The notes: a model not told the origin generated them from the sequence alone. A stretch of 63,690 nucleotides of DNA, filler included, from Dugesia japonica (GCA_001938525.1; 5 parts of 5 records of this genome joined end to end with filler, not necessarily neighbours in it), one strand, 5' to 3'; positions 1 through 13,067 are shown, numbered from the whole stretch's first letter. A program made the numbers and translations.

Positions 1-76
1 ATGAAGTTATTGATACACCTATAGGGTACCGTAATTCTATTTATATTTCAGACAATTAAAAAAATTGTTTGTTTAG

Positions 77-3000
77 TGGGATAATGAAATTCCTCCAGAA
101 ATTAAGCAAGAAGAAACTAAAAATACTGAAAGACTTCAATCTGCTTTTAAGATAATAGCAGGAGTTGATGGTGAAGTGGATGCAGACGAACTTCAACAAA
201 TTCTTGATGTTTCATTCAAAAAAGGTTATTTTCAAAATAAATTAAAGTTTTCTTTTTAACGTGATAATTTCTTTAGAGAGTAAGTGAATTTAATCGATAT
301 CAATGTTGATAGATTTACATTGTCTTCGTTGACTATTCATCATGAACTTTACTTCATTTAGATTTCAAATTCAATGGATTTTCTAGAGAAACTTGCCGCA
401 GTATGGTTGCTATGATGGATGTTAGTCATTTCAAATTGTTTATTTTCATTAAATATTGAAATTGCAAATCACAAATTTTCATTATTTCGATATAAACTGA
501 GGAGATATCGCCATTTTACAATTATATCATTTTGATTGGGAAATTATCATATGATAAACTGTTTCTTATTATTTATATAAAATACAAAATAAAATATAAA
601 TTTCCCTGTATATTATTTAATATCTATAATTGATTTTCCTTAAAATATTATGCCAATTATTAGTATAATATATCAGTTTTAATGTGATTGCTTGTATTTT
701 GATGTTTATTAAATTGATGTGTTTNTTGATTTATTCTGCCTACCATTACGAAATCAATGCAAAAATAAATAGTAATAACCGCATTTTGTCTTCGTACGAC
801 TTAAATATATTTTCCTTTAATCAGAAGTTAGATGTTTATTTAAGATTTGTGACTTGAACAAAATCATTTGTGACTGAGTGAGTTAAAACTGAAAATTATT
901 AAAATCTGTAAAGGTAGCGCAAAGCATGAATTTTTTGGATTAATTAGATTTGAATAATAATTCTCTTTAGAAATGTTTTATTAATTGAATTTTATCAACA
1001 TATAACAGTGGTGCACAACCGTTTTTCTAAACAAATCGCACCATCAGTTTAAATCAATTTCATGGGCCATGAATTCAAAACTTTCGGGCTGAAGGTTGTG
1101 CATCACTGATATTAAGGGTGCTATACTGTATAACTTCGAAAATATTTATAACACTGTTAAATTGTCATTTTACAGCTAGTATTTTGAAGGAGATCGTTGT
1201 GAATCCGTGAAATATTGGTTGTAGAGAATCATATTTCTATAAAACAATAGATGTTGGATTTTTCATGAACTTGGGTCGCGGGCCATATGTAACATTGTTG
1301 TGGGCAAACCTGACCTATAAAATTGAATATAAAAACGTAATATTAATTTACTTTTAGACTGATCAGTCTGGACGACTTGGTTTTAATGAATTCAAGGTAT
1401 TATGGGACGATTTGAGGTTATGGAAAGTAATTTACAGTAATATTACATTTAATTTATTCAAAACGTGTTTTATTTAGACTGTTTTTAAAAAATTTGATGA
1501 AGACCAAAGTGGAAACTTTAATTCTTATGAAATTCGTCAAGCTCTCAATTATATCGGTAAATATATTTTCGTTATTTAAATAATATATTTTTTCTATATT
1601 CGATAATTTTAAAATTGAGAAACCTCTTCCTCTGTTCTTAGCATGGTACGAAAGTCGGTAAAGTCATAATTATCTTAAACTTTCTTTGAATACATAGTAA
1701 AAGGATAAAATACACAAGAGAATTATAAAACAATTTTACTGTAAAGTTTCTATTATTTCTAATACAAATTTGATAAAATTTTCAAATCATTGCGATACAC
1801 CAATAATTTTTTGAAATTTAATTATAAAAAAATTTTTAAATATTAATTCGTATCTTTTTCATTGCTAATTCCTATAAAACGATTGAAGAACGCCTGTATA
1901 ATGGCGAAATATTTGAAAATTTTTGTATAGAAATTGAGTAGTATAGCAATAAAAGTGAAATGAATTTAAATTAAATTGAAGATTGATTCTCAAGCATCTA
2001 ACGTTTCGCGGTTGTTTGAATTTTATTTTAATAACAGATTAACACAGATATTCTTGAAAATCAACAATACCGACAGAGATCAACTGCGACAAACACTCAT
2101 GAATTTTATTTTTAGTTTTCGACATAGGCTGTGTATTATTTTCAATTTATTTTTTTTGTTAGGTTATGTTTTATATGCTATTCTCGCAAAGCACTCAGAG
2201 GTTCCTACAGGAGAATGTAGATAAATAAAACTCTGCTAAATTTTTCGAACGTATTTTTATATGATGGTGTTTTCTAGTACCATCAAACGACAAATGCTTA
2301 AAGAAATAAATATAATTTCTATGTTGGTTTTTATTGATTGTAGTTACTTAATGAATGTGTCAAAAATATCGATTATACCGACAATTTTTACTAGAACCAA
2401 TTAGAGCCACACTAACCACAGGGATAAATTGCGCAAGCCTTTTGGGGGGGGGCTATTTTTATTTACGATATACATTTTGTTGTTATTATTAATTAATTAT
2501 TTATTTATTTCGAAAATTGAATCTACATTTCCACAGTACTGCGCATCTTTTTAAGTATCGCCACTACAAACTGGAGTGGCGAAAGATCATTTTCAGCAAT
2601 AAAAATAATAAAAAATTATTTCCGATCTTTTTTGGGACAGAGCAAGTTCAATGATTTAAGAGTATTTTATCAATTAAGACAGATATTTATTTGATAAGTT
2701 AAATACGAGTAATATTATTGATCAGTTTGCCAAAGAAAAAGCTTGGAAAATAAATATTTAAGTTACTTTTGTTTCTTGTTTGCATTAAGGTTTNNNNNNN
2801 NNNNNNNNNNNNNNNNNNNNNNNNNNNNNNNNNNNNNNNNNNNNNNNNNNNNNNNNNNNNNNNNNNNNNNNNNNNNNNNNNNNNNNNNNNNNNNNNNAAT
2901 ACAAGTCAAAATATATTTGTTTCCTTTATTGATTTTTGAATATGGAATCATTTCCATTAAATCCATTTGCCATAAATAAATAAATTGATTTTTTTAGTTT

Positions 3001-4965
3001 ACACTTTTGTATAACTTTTCCGGAAACCCCGCTCCAATTTGCTATTCTGTGAATTTTCTTACGAAGAGGGGCGCATTATTTTTAGTAGCCTACGGACGCT
3101 GAATTTCTTAAGACGGCCTTGTAATCAATTGTTTCTATAATCGTGTAATTACTGAATTAGTTCTCAAATTTTGTTCTACTTTAATTGATTTTTTTAATCA
3201 ATAAAATTGTTTTTACATTTTATTTTTAATAATAAAATTTAAGGAAACTGTTTTACTGTTATCTCAACAATAATTAGTTTTGTAAAATATTTTAAAACAA
3301 TATAATATCATTTCTTAACCAATGAAAATTAATTTTAATCAAATTAATTCCAGTTGGGTTTCTACTAAATGAAATGACTAGAATGAATTGAACAATCATT
3401 TCTATTGAAGACATTGTCAAAATATTGAGCAAACTATAAAAATAAGAAAACAAAAATTATGATCTTTGCATTTTGAAAGAAAATTTTATTTGATAAATAC
3501 AGATCAATGGTTGACAATTGAAAATAGTTACATATAATGTTTTTAATAAAATTAATTGAAAATATACACTCAAACATGTTTTAGTGCGAATTTTTTTGTT
3601 TGGTATATGAATATATAAAATTTTCATATACCGCACAAAAACAGGTTTGATTGTAAATACATTTAAGAAAAAGTCAATTCCTGACGAAGACCAAGTCAAA
3701 AATTTGAAATATTATCAAAAAAACAATAATTTGATTGAAGCTTTTATTTTAATGAAATCTCAAAAACAACCAACGTTCAACAATTATTCTCGCAATAATT
3801 GTAATTTTTAATCTACCTAATTCTGTTTTAACGCAATAGATACGATCTACCGCAACTCGCGTAAAAATTTTAAGTTAATTATTTATTAATATGAACATTC
3901 ATTATAAATAAGAGAAATAAATAAGGGAAATCTCCTGTATAAGAGTGTCATAGATTTTTCGTATCACATGATTTAGTGTTTATTTCTAAAAACGTGTTAA
4001 AACCAGCACCTACACTAAAATTGTTATAAATAAAAAGATTTAAACCACGTAGAAACAGATTGCAATATTTTTTTTGAAATCGCAATTAACGAAATTCTCG
4101 TAAAAACAGAATTAGGTGTATAAAGTAAATATTATTATTTTCTTAATTGTAAGCAAAAATTTCATATGGATCGAAAAGACTCGGCAGACTTAAATGTGCA
4201 AGATTTGAATTGGCGAACAAAGGTTAATAGAAATATAAAAAATTACCACCATTTTTAAATATTTCTTTTCAGTAATATGTTTCGATAGGTAAAAAAAATT
4301 ACTTTTATACTACAATTTCGATTATATAATCAATTATTATATGAATAAAATATTCAAGTCAATTAAAAACTTTGATACGTCTACAGTAAAAATGTAAAGT
4401 TTTCTTGCATAAGTCTAAAATTATTGATATTAAGAATTGATTATGTTTAGAAGTTTATCAGAGTTTCTGAGAAGATTTATCTAAGGAAGATTTAAATTCC
4501 TCAGAATTTTTAAGATTTTCATCAATCGATAATTGAAGATCGATTTTAGTTAAATATTCTCATTTAAAATGATATTAATAACACAGTTCAGATGTTATTA
4601 TTTTTATTATTATTATTATTTTATGAAATTTTTCTATTAAAAACATATGAAAATAGAAATCTATATAAAATTTCTAATTTTTAAGTCACAAATTTATCAT
4701 TGACAAAAATTTAGGATTCAAAATCAGTAATCGAGTATTCACAGCCATAATCACTAGATACGCTAATAAACAAGGAATAATCACATTTGATGATTATGTT
4801 CTTTTACTAGTTCGACTTAGAACAATTTTTCTCACTTATAAAGCCCAACAAAAAACGTCTAAAGGAGAGGCCATATTTCCACAAGATGAGGTTGGAATTC
4901 ACTTTACATTATAAATTGATAACATTTTATTATTTTAGTTTATGCAGTGTGTTCTTTACCTTTGA
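77..4965 (+). CDS. Calpain-family gene, C-terminal penta-EF-hand domain; exons 77-224, 362-420, 1358-1426, 1478-1556, 4715-4890, 4939-4965; 5' end outside the window or unresolved
   Basis: Phase-consistent GT-AG splicing gives ...AFKIIAGVDGEVDADELQQIL...[31 protein letters not shown]...FKKFDEDQSGNFNSYEIRQAL...RYANKQGIITFDDYV...FMQCVLYL*, the calpain domain IV pattern. AATAAA at 5108. Confidence 0.92.
1006..1108. mobile_element. Small hAT-like MITE in a calpain intron
   Basis: 15-bp TIR CAGTGGTGCACAACC / GGTTGTGCATCACTG with 1 mismatch. No clear target-site duplication (TSD). Confidence 0.5.
2898..2975 (-). repeat. 78-bp copy of the Polinton integrase segment at 10777-10854
   Basis: Identical sequence (QMDLMEMIPYSKINKGNKYILTCI), abutting an N gap. 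Confidence 0.85.
3671..3805 (+). repeat. Dispersed repeat with a degenerate hammerhead-ribozyme core (Penelope pLTR-like)
   Basis: ATTC-CTGACGA-A-GAC-CAA-GTC-AAAA (G12 mutated), followed by the family motifs TTGATYGAAGCTTTTATTTT and CAATTATTCTCGCAATAATT shared with the 18.3, 30.7 and 56.0 kb copies. Confidence 0.65.
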
Positions 4966-5526
4966 TTTCGAATGTGATGAGAACTTAGCTTAAATATTAT
5001 TTAAACTGGTCTTTAAATTTGATAGCTAACTTGATACAGTTTTCTTTTATATTTTTTAGAAATGCTTATTTTTTATTATTTGCCATTGCCTCAGAAAACA
5101 TTTTGATAATAAATTGTCTTATAATTTTGAATTAAATAAAATTAATAATATATAATGATAAATATTTCAGGATTTTATTGAAAACAATATTTCAAATTTG
5201 TTATAGAGAAATACGCTAACAGAAAGGTCTATTGTATGATCAACGAAGACTTACTTGAAACATGTTAGCTGTCGTTAAATTATAAGTGTCATTTTCAAGA
5301 ACCGAATCCATTAAAAAAATTAGAATAACTTCAAGACTTATTTATAACAATAATTAAACATTCAAATTTTNNNNNNNNNNNNNNNNNNNNNNTTTTTCAA
5401 GGCTAAATTATTTTAATATTGACAAAATTTACTGGCTATAATAATCGATATAAAATTTATTGAAATTATTTAAAAAATGATGATTTTCGATAATAACAAA
5501 TATGACTTTCTTTTTAAACTCTTAAC

Positions 5527-7100
5527 ATCTCACCTTTTTAAAATCTTTAATTTTCTCTAAATTTCTAATGACTGTTTTTCCTGTAACATCTCTTAGTAAT
5601 AATCTCCTTTCATATATTTCTTGATTATAGTATATGTTCCTACAAATCTATCTTGGTCTTTATTACGTATTTCTTGTTTAATTAGCACTTCGTCTCCTAT
5701 ATTCAATTTTCGTGCTGTTCTTATGCTGTTTTCTTTATTTTGTTTTTCAATTTTTATTATCATTGCTTTTCCATCTATTTTTATGTTACTAAACCATTTT
5801 AATCTATTTATTTTTCTACCCAGTACAATATCTGCTGAACTTACTCCGTTGGTTTTTTGAGTTATGGAATATAAAATGTACTCAATTTCTGGTAATATAT
5901 ATATATATATGCCTAATTCGTATTGCTTCAATTTTTTAATGATGCATTTATGTATTCTCTAATTGTCCAAAATTGTCTTTCCACCATTCCTTTTTTATTG
6001 TTTTGATATGAGCCAGAGAATATTAACTCAATTCCTACTGCACTTGTTACTTTCTTTACACTCTTTGCTTTAAAGCTTTCTCAGCTATCTGGGTGTAAAT
6101 TCCTTTGGTGTCCCAAATTTTAATATCTAATTATTCAGTAAACTTTTATCTTGTTTATTTATAGTGGTCAATACTATATATTTATTTTAATGGTCGATAA
6201 TTGCACAAATATATCTCTTTTTTGTGTTTTTTTCACGTTCCGCATATATCCTTATATATTTTCTCGAATAGTTTATTTGCCATTACTACTTTAGTGTTTT
6301 CATTTACCCCTGTCGTCACTATTTTTGACTTTTGACATTCATCCCATTCTGATAAATTGCGTTTTACTTCAGCAACCATATCCTTCATATCAAAATTATT
6401 TTGAATAAGACCATTTCTTGTATATTACACGATAGAACCCATATCTTTCTATATTTTGTATAAGCAATATCATTTTCCAAAATAAATTAAGCAGTTTCCT
6501 GTCTATTAAATCCCTCAAATATTTTCTGTATTTCTTTGTAATCATTTTGCCAACTTTCACCATTACCTTCTTCCATGGTGGTTAATAGTCTCATTTGAAA
6601 TCGCTCTACCTTTGGTTAATCATGGTTCATCATAAATTGTACGCATGTTCCGCATGTATTTCTTGAAAGCATATCTGCATTGCCATGTGCTGTACCTTTT
6701 CTAAATTCAATCATAATATCTAGGCTGCTCAAATAATTTATCCATGTTTGGAATTGTGCTGTTATTGGTTTTTAGTAGTTAGCATTTACAATCTAGACAC
6801 AATCTGATCTTTCTTTTCTTTTTACCATACACATACTAAAAATGTATTCTAAGGTGAATTGTAACTACTTTGTCTTCTAAATATTTTTTGGCCTTATTTA
6901 TTTTTCCTTCTAAATATAGAAGTCGTCTTTTTGGTTTTGTATTTATTAATCCTCAATTCGTTTTAATTATAGCAGTACATCCGATATCCCACTTGTCGGC
7001 TCATTAAATTGTTTACAATATAAATAATAATTGTCATTCAGATTAAATATACACGAATTCTCGATTAAAAAAAATTTATAATAAATTTTCAGATACAAAT
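5527..7100 (-). mobile_element. Decayed Gypsy LTR retrotransposon pol remnant (RT start, RNase H, integrase)
   Basis: Minus-strand KPITAQFQTWINYLSSLDIMIEFRKGTAHGNADMLSR and integrase C-terminal IGDEVLIK. Polypurine tract AAAAAGGTGAGA followed by TG at 5527. Confidence 0.85.
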
Positions 7101-7329
7101 ATGATGCAGAAATGTTTTATCAAATTATCATCTAAATCTTGAATGAAATTAATCGCTAGTTCAGGCTGGCTTGTTTTAGAAACTGGTGTTGGATTAGTTT
7201 GCGAATGAGTATTTATTTTTGTTTATGGTTGTTGNGTGATATATTTGTATTGTTATTCGTCGCTTTTTTGTTGTTTAGTGTTTGATCTTAAGCACATGTT
7301 ATATTTGTATATTTATTTTCACTTACAGA

Positions 7330-7891
7330 GTTACCGCTACATTAAGCGTGAGAGGCTTAAGATTGCACAAGTAGACTGCTAGACCTACCACAGAAAAGGG
7401 AATATAAGAAGAAATTGTTCAGACAAGAAACCAATAAAATGTTTTGGTTGTGATAAGATTGTTAAAAGACGTTGTAGGTTAAACGAACCTCACCACGAGA
7501 AGACAACAAGACGGAACACGCAATTTTAAAAGCGCGTAGTCAACACGAGATTATATTATGAATTAACAAGTAAATGCATTCGATAAGATGAAAATGAAAA
7601 GCCGTTTTCTAAAGACATAATAGAAGACATAGATATATGAACAGAATATTCAAGCAACAGAGGTTCACTAATATAGGGAACTGGTCGGAAATGTTTACTG
7701 AAAGAGATGCCGATTGATTACCCTAAAAAGTCGACAAATACAACATGAGTAAAATAAGAGTTTTATGGATTCTTTAAGAAAAAAATATTCAAGGAGAAAA
7801 AAGCAAAAGAAAGAAGCACATGTAAATATCTCATCTCTACGCAAAGTTTTTACAAAATTTGGTGTTTACGTATACTCAATGCTGATTGGTA
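7330..7891 (+). mobile_element. Retrotransposon gag remnant with decayed zinc knuckles
   Basis: C*TYHRKGNIRRNC...IKCFGCDK; many stops. Confidence 0.5.
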
Positions 7892-8501
7892 NNNNNNNNN
7901 NNNNNNNNNNNNNNNNNNNNNNNNNNNNNNNNNNNNNNNNNNNNNNNNNNNNNNNNNNNNNNNNNNNNNNNNNNNNNNNNNNNNNNNNNNNNNNNNNNNN
8001 NNNNNNNNNNNNNNNNNNNNNNNNNNNNNNNNNNNNGATCGAATCAATCTGGTATCTAGACACGCGGAAGACTAAGATGCACTTTGTGGTGGGCGGAATT
8101 AATTGCATAATATTCACAAAAACTCAAACAAACAAATAAAACCTAAAAATCATTGTTCAGGCCATAGTTTTCACTATTTTTATTAAAAGATAGTATTATT
8201 GGGCTTCAAGACTTTTGGTGTTAATTATCTTTTCTGATGCACACTTTCCTTTTTTCTCCGAACGTTATTTCTTTGGATGAATATCTTCTAGGGTTAGATA
8301 CCGCGAAGCCGGCAGAAATTTGACAATACCTGGTGCATTGGTCAATCTAAAACTAACCACAAATTCCTTAATTCAGTTACCGAACATCCCAGTGTGGTAT
8401 TAGTTGCTTTAGAAACTAAATAATAGAAAAGTTTATCTTGATTTATTAATAGTACATAATTTAATGTGAGATTACAATTTTATTATTATCCGAATTAGTT
8501 A

Positions 8502-8995
8502 TTAAAAAATTCGATTTGATGCCGTTTCAATCTTTGACGAAAGCCGGTCCGACCTCTTTGAGTACTCTTCTGCTTCCAATTGACTGTTTTGTATTGCGAC
8601 GATCAACTGCCACTGCTGCTGTGAGAAAGCCGTTGAGTTGATGAGCAGCATTATCAATTCCTTCTCTCTCCCCTCTTGCCAGGTGACGATTTCGTAAGTT
8701 TCGATTTGTAACATTCCCCATGCACATCCACTCGGATATGCAGATTTTCCAACTGCTCGGTTCTTTCAGCGAGCCTCTCCTCTTGCAATTGTATGGTTTT
8801 ATTTAAAGCGGCGATCTTATTCTCTCCTGAGTGATCCACCAGAGCTCGGTGTCGGTATCTTTCAGCCCTAGAAAATCCCAAGAGTTGGGCATATCACTGC
8901 TTGAATTGGGACTGGTTGAGAAAGATCGCATACTGTCTTGCAATGACTTCTCTACGTTTATCCTCATCACTCGACGTAATTTTATCGTCACGATT
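8502..8995 (-). pseudogene. Orphan coiled-coil-like ORF remnant(s) at the left of the Polinton core
   Basis: Frame reads DDKITSSDEDKRREVIARQY...KQ*YAQLLGFSRAERYRH...IAALNKTIQLQEERLAERTEQLENL. More GC-rich than background. Confidence 0.4.
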
Positions 8996-9325
8996 TAATT
9001 AAGTTGAATAGATTTCTTATTTACTTCGGATATCTGGTTTTTATTATATTTACCTTAGCATAATTTAAGGGTTCCGTAGTCGATCACCCATCATCATTGG
9101 CAAAGCTGGAGTTTGGCATAACATTTATTGATGTTGCATTTATTATTCATTAATGTCCTTCTCGTTTAGCAAGACCCTTGATCATAGATACTTCCTTTCC
9201 TTTATTAATCTATATTTTATTTGCTTCTTTATATTTTATGCGAGTCTAGCTCTCTCGAGATGATGGATGGTCATTGATGACGTCCGTGCCAGGTGACGAT
9301 TTCAAAATTTTAATTTAAACTTTTA

Positions 9326-10014
9326 TCAATAGTAAATCATAGTAAAACAAAATTCCAACATAATTAATAACTGATCAAGCTTTAATGTGAATGATTTAAA
9401 TAGTTTTGAGCAGTTTTTATTAATATATTCATTTAATTGATTTAAATCCTTTATGAATAATTCATCCTCAAATTGAAATGTATGATCACTTACAGTAAAG
9501 AAACTATAACTAAGTTTTATTCTTTCAATAGAGTCATCGTTTTTAAATGATTGCATGTTAGTAGAAAATTGATGGTCAAAATAATGGTTAATTGTTTTGT
9601 TTAAATTAAATTGTTTTGCATTTTCCTCACTATCAATTGACAAAACTCTCTCTGAACAAACCGTACTATTATTATTATAAAATGTAATCGTATTTCCATT
9701 CGACAATATATTGCTTTGAACACCACTAAATGTTGGCTGTGGTCTTACATAATATAAACTGATTAACTTGTTTTGTTGTCAATAGTAACAATTATTGCTC
9801 TTGTTATAAGATGAAATTCTTGATATTGAATCGTGACGTCACTATAATACGGAAAAGGAGAATAAACATATGGGAAAACCATCATGGCTACTTCCCAATT
9901 ACCTTTCAAGTAAATCGGATTTTTAAGCTCAACATTAAACTTACTAGCTGTATTATTTCGATGAATAAGAGGACTACTATTACTTGGTAAAAATGTATAG
10001 AAATTATTCCTCAT
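9326..10014 (-). pseudogene. Polinton minor capsid (penton-like) protein, frameshifted and truncated
   Basis: N-terminus FYTFLPSNSS...NNTASKFNVELKNPIYLKGNWEVA matches the Polinton minor capsid signature (FY.TLPSNSS...L.G.WEVGL). ATG overlaps the integrase stop. Confidence 0.8.
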
Positions 10015-11055
10015 TGTTGATTAATTTTGATACAAATATCCAACTAGGATTTTTATATCCAAGCTACTTTACATAATATTGTTTATTCTATTTCGTACCC
10101 TTTGACCTTATAATTTTTTCAATTCTGAATACTGATGGTGGAGGAATCACTTGTAGTTCCTGTTCATAAAACTTTTCCTGCACAATATTATTCTCATAAT
10201 CTTTAATGACATACATGACAGGATTCTGTTTGGTATTGATTTTAAATATTTGAAACACCTCATCAATCCAATTAGTATCGAAATTCTTGATGAATGGAGA
10301 AGTCGATATCTTTGAAATTCTAACGTGGTCACCAACTTTATATTTTGGTTTTTTAATTGCTTTCTTATGTTGTCGTGAGAGCCACAGTTTTAATTGGTTA
10401 TTTGAACTAACATCAACTGGTCTTGCTCCATTAAAACTCTTATGACTTGAATGATCATAACTATAAATTAGTTTCGGTAATACATGTATCCATGTTTTAT
10501 TACCAACATACAGAAAATATTTCTTCAAAGCATCTCTCAATGTACGAATAAATTATTCGACATGTACAGCTTTGTACTGACTTAATACAGTATAATGATT
10601 TATTTTTAAATGCGATAGTAGATTTTTTACTTTAGAATTAAAAAATATTCCTTACCCAAATCTATTTGTAAATTATCCGGGTGTCCATCTTTAAACATTA
10701 ATTTTATTGCAGCTTCAATATCAAGTGTGGATTTTGATTTGACTGGAACTGATCTTGCAAATTTGTTGAATACATCAATACAAGTCAAAATATATTTGTT
10801 TCCTTTATTGATTTTTGAATATGGAATCATTTCCATTAAATCCATTTGCCATAATTCGTCAATACCATATGTTTTATATGCTCTCATTGTAAATCTTTTC
10901 AGCATTGGTTTGTTCAGACTGTACGCTAACTGGTTTGATAACCGATTTTTTATTGTTTTTCAATTTTTGTTCTGCTTTCATCAATTTTTCTACGCCACGA
11001 TAATCTGATTCGCTTCTTGGATCAGTCCATATTGTCTGCAGTTTGCCGATTACAA
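10004..11055 (-). pseudogene. Polinton retroviral-like (rve) integrase with C-terminal chromodomain-like tail
   Basis: IDELWQMDL, KYILTCIDVFNKFA, LQIDLGKEY, YKVGDHVRISK, FYEQELQ, FRIEKII...YYVK*LGY...SWI. Several stops and frameshifts. Confidence 0.92.
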
Positions 11056-11132
11056 CAATTCGATGAAAATTTGAAATTAAAATTAGGTAGTGATTGTAAA
11101 TCACCTATTGTTTATTTGAAATGAGTCAAGCC

Positions 11133-11426
11133 TTATGCAGCTAATGCAATTAGTAATAAGGCAGCAATAAAACCACCATTCGGTTTAACTATTACGCTTC
11201 TCATCAATCTCTTGTTCTTTACAAGCAATAGTAACGATTTTTTATATTTTTTCAAGACTTCTTTTCTACCTTTGCTCACATTTACATTACCATTTACAAT
11301 ATTTACAAGAATTTCAATGAAATCATCAATAACATAGGTTGGAAATGATTGCAAAATTTTCATTATTTTTTGTTTTGAATATTTGAGCGATGCTGCAAAA
11401 AATGGTTTATTTCTTTGTAAAGTCAT
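11133..11426 (-). CDS. Small basic Polinton-type protein ending in GGF plus a hydrophobic tail
   Basis: EILVNIVNGNV...KKYKKSL...NGGFIAALL resembles the conserved small Maverick protein found near the ATPase and integrase. ORF is open. Confidence 0.6.
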   Translation of the reverse strand: MTLQRNKPFFAASLKYSKQKIMKILQSFPTYVIDDFIEILVNIVNGNVNVSKGRKEVLKKYKKSLLLLVKNKRLMRSVIVKPNGGFIAALLLIALAA

Positions 11427-11459
11427 TGTTAATAAAATTAATTACATAACTGTTGATTG

Positions 11460-11706
11460 TTTATAATGTTTTCCATTTTCTATTTACGTTTTTAAGCTTC
11501 TTACCATAAATTTTCGCCAGGTTTTTGAACTGATTTAATCCAACTCGTTTTTTAAAACATATTTTTGAACTGATTTTTGATTTTCTTTGTTTACTTTTTA
11601 GCTCAGGTTTTTGTTTTACTTCGAACGCTGCTTATTATCCGAACGCTGTTTAGCTTTTGGATTGATTTTCTCTTGTTTAACTATAACTTTTTTAAATTTC
11701 GACATT
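11460..11706 (-). pseudogene. Lys-rich Polinton ORF remnant
   Basis: MSKFKKVIVK... frameshifted to ...KKLKNVNRKWKTL*. Lies between the ATPase and the GGF gene. Confidence 0.4.
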
Positions 11707-11720
11707 TTATAACAAAATAA

Positions 11721-12335
11721 TTACTTCGTTTGTTTATACACTGTGACGCCATTAGAGTTAAAAATATCAGTTCGTACTCTTAAATCATCTGGACATTGTT
11801 GTGTAAAGTCTAAGAAGATGTATCCATGCAGCTTTACTGTTGCATCCTTCAAAGCGTTCAATAGAAATTGTCTATTGTTTGGGTAAGCCTGTTTTGCTAG
11901 AAAATCCACAACTGTTTGATATCTTGGATTCTTAAATATAACCAAGTATTGTACATTCAAATTACAAGTTCTGTGACTTCCACCTTGATAAAATAGATTT
12001 TGAGTAATGAATATCGCAATCACAGATATATGTCTTAATATCTTTGTGAATAAATTATTAAAATCCTTTTCCTTGTTGGCTTCCTGATACAAATCATCGA
12101 CAACAATCACATCACCTTTTGTAAATCTCATCAAAACCTTTATAATTTTCATCTCTATATTTCAAAATTTGGATTGAGTCAATCCATGCTCTTTATCGGC
12201 ACCTCTATGCCAGTATATTGTGTTAAATTAAGATTTAAACATGTTTGATTTCAATAATTTACATACAAATAAAGTTTTTCCGCTACCACTTGGACCAACA
12301 ATTTGATAAACAGCATNATTTCGTAATTTCTCCAT
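11721..12335 (-). pseudogene. Polinton A32/FtsK-like DNA packaging ATPase with two in-frame stops
   Basis: Walker A IVGPSGSGKT, Walker B VIVVDD, ITQNLF, RTCNLNVQYLVIFKNPR, LRVRTDIF. Confidence 0.93.
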
Positions 12336-12450
12336 TTTATCAGAATTTATTAGTCAATGCATTGTTATGGTTATTTGTTTAATTGAATCATTATAATTAA
12401 TTACGTCAAACGCATAAATATACGCAACAATTATTTAAAAATCATTAATA

Positions 12451-12829
12451 ATGATAGTTAATATTAATTACAAGGGAAAAGTGTCTCAAGCTATAAAAAA
12501 ATTGAAATTTCCACGTGTTAAACCTTCGCAAATTGTCCGCAAACGTGGGGTATATACAATTATATTGTTCAAATCAGGAAATTGTCAAATAATGGGGTGC
12601 TAAAAACCAATTGAGACAGATAAATTAAAATTAAATTTATATAAATTGGCAAAAATGTTGGTTTGAACCGGAATTGATTCCCGAATTAAGACTTACGAAA
12701 TATGATCTTATATGTGTTAATATATTCTCATCAGGAAGGATTGTAATACTTGGTATCAAAAATATGAATTATGGAGGATATGTGGACAATATACTATCGG
12801 ATTTGTATAATTTAATAGATAAAATATAG
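12451..12829 (+). pseudogene. TATA-binding-protein (TBP)-like gene inside the Polinton, divergent from the ATPase
   Basis: Repeat 1 reads TIILFKSGNCQIMGC*K. Repeat 2 reads LNLYKLA...FEPELIPELRL...VNIFSSGRIVILGIK, compared with TBP YEPELFPGL...LIFVSGKVVLTGAK. Stop at 12601, frameshift near 12661. Confidence 0.75.
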
Positions 12830-13067
12830 TCATGTAAATATATTATGTTGTGGTAAGTTAAAATTATTTTTTATAAATTAATTTTAATATAATATGTTAT
12901 GTTGCAGTATTATAAATTTTTATCACAATCTCATTGATTTAATTTCATATAGAAAAATTGTATATAACATTACAAATTTCATTTTAAGCATTTTACAATT
13001 TGAAAAACAAAATGAGTGAATTCAAGAATGAAATAAAGAAAGAAAATTTATAATAACGCACGCCACT

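Noticed and set aside
1-76. ATG at position 1 as the calpain start
   Set aside because: That frame stops at codon 8, and I found no phase-compatible donor to the exon at 77.
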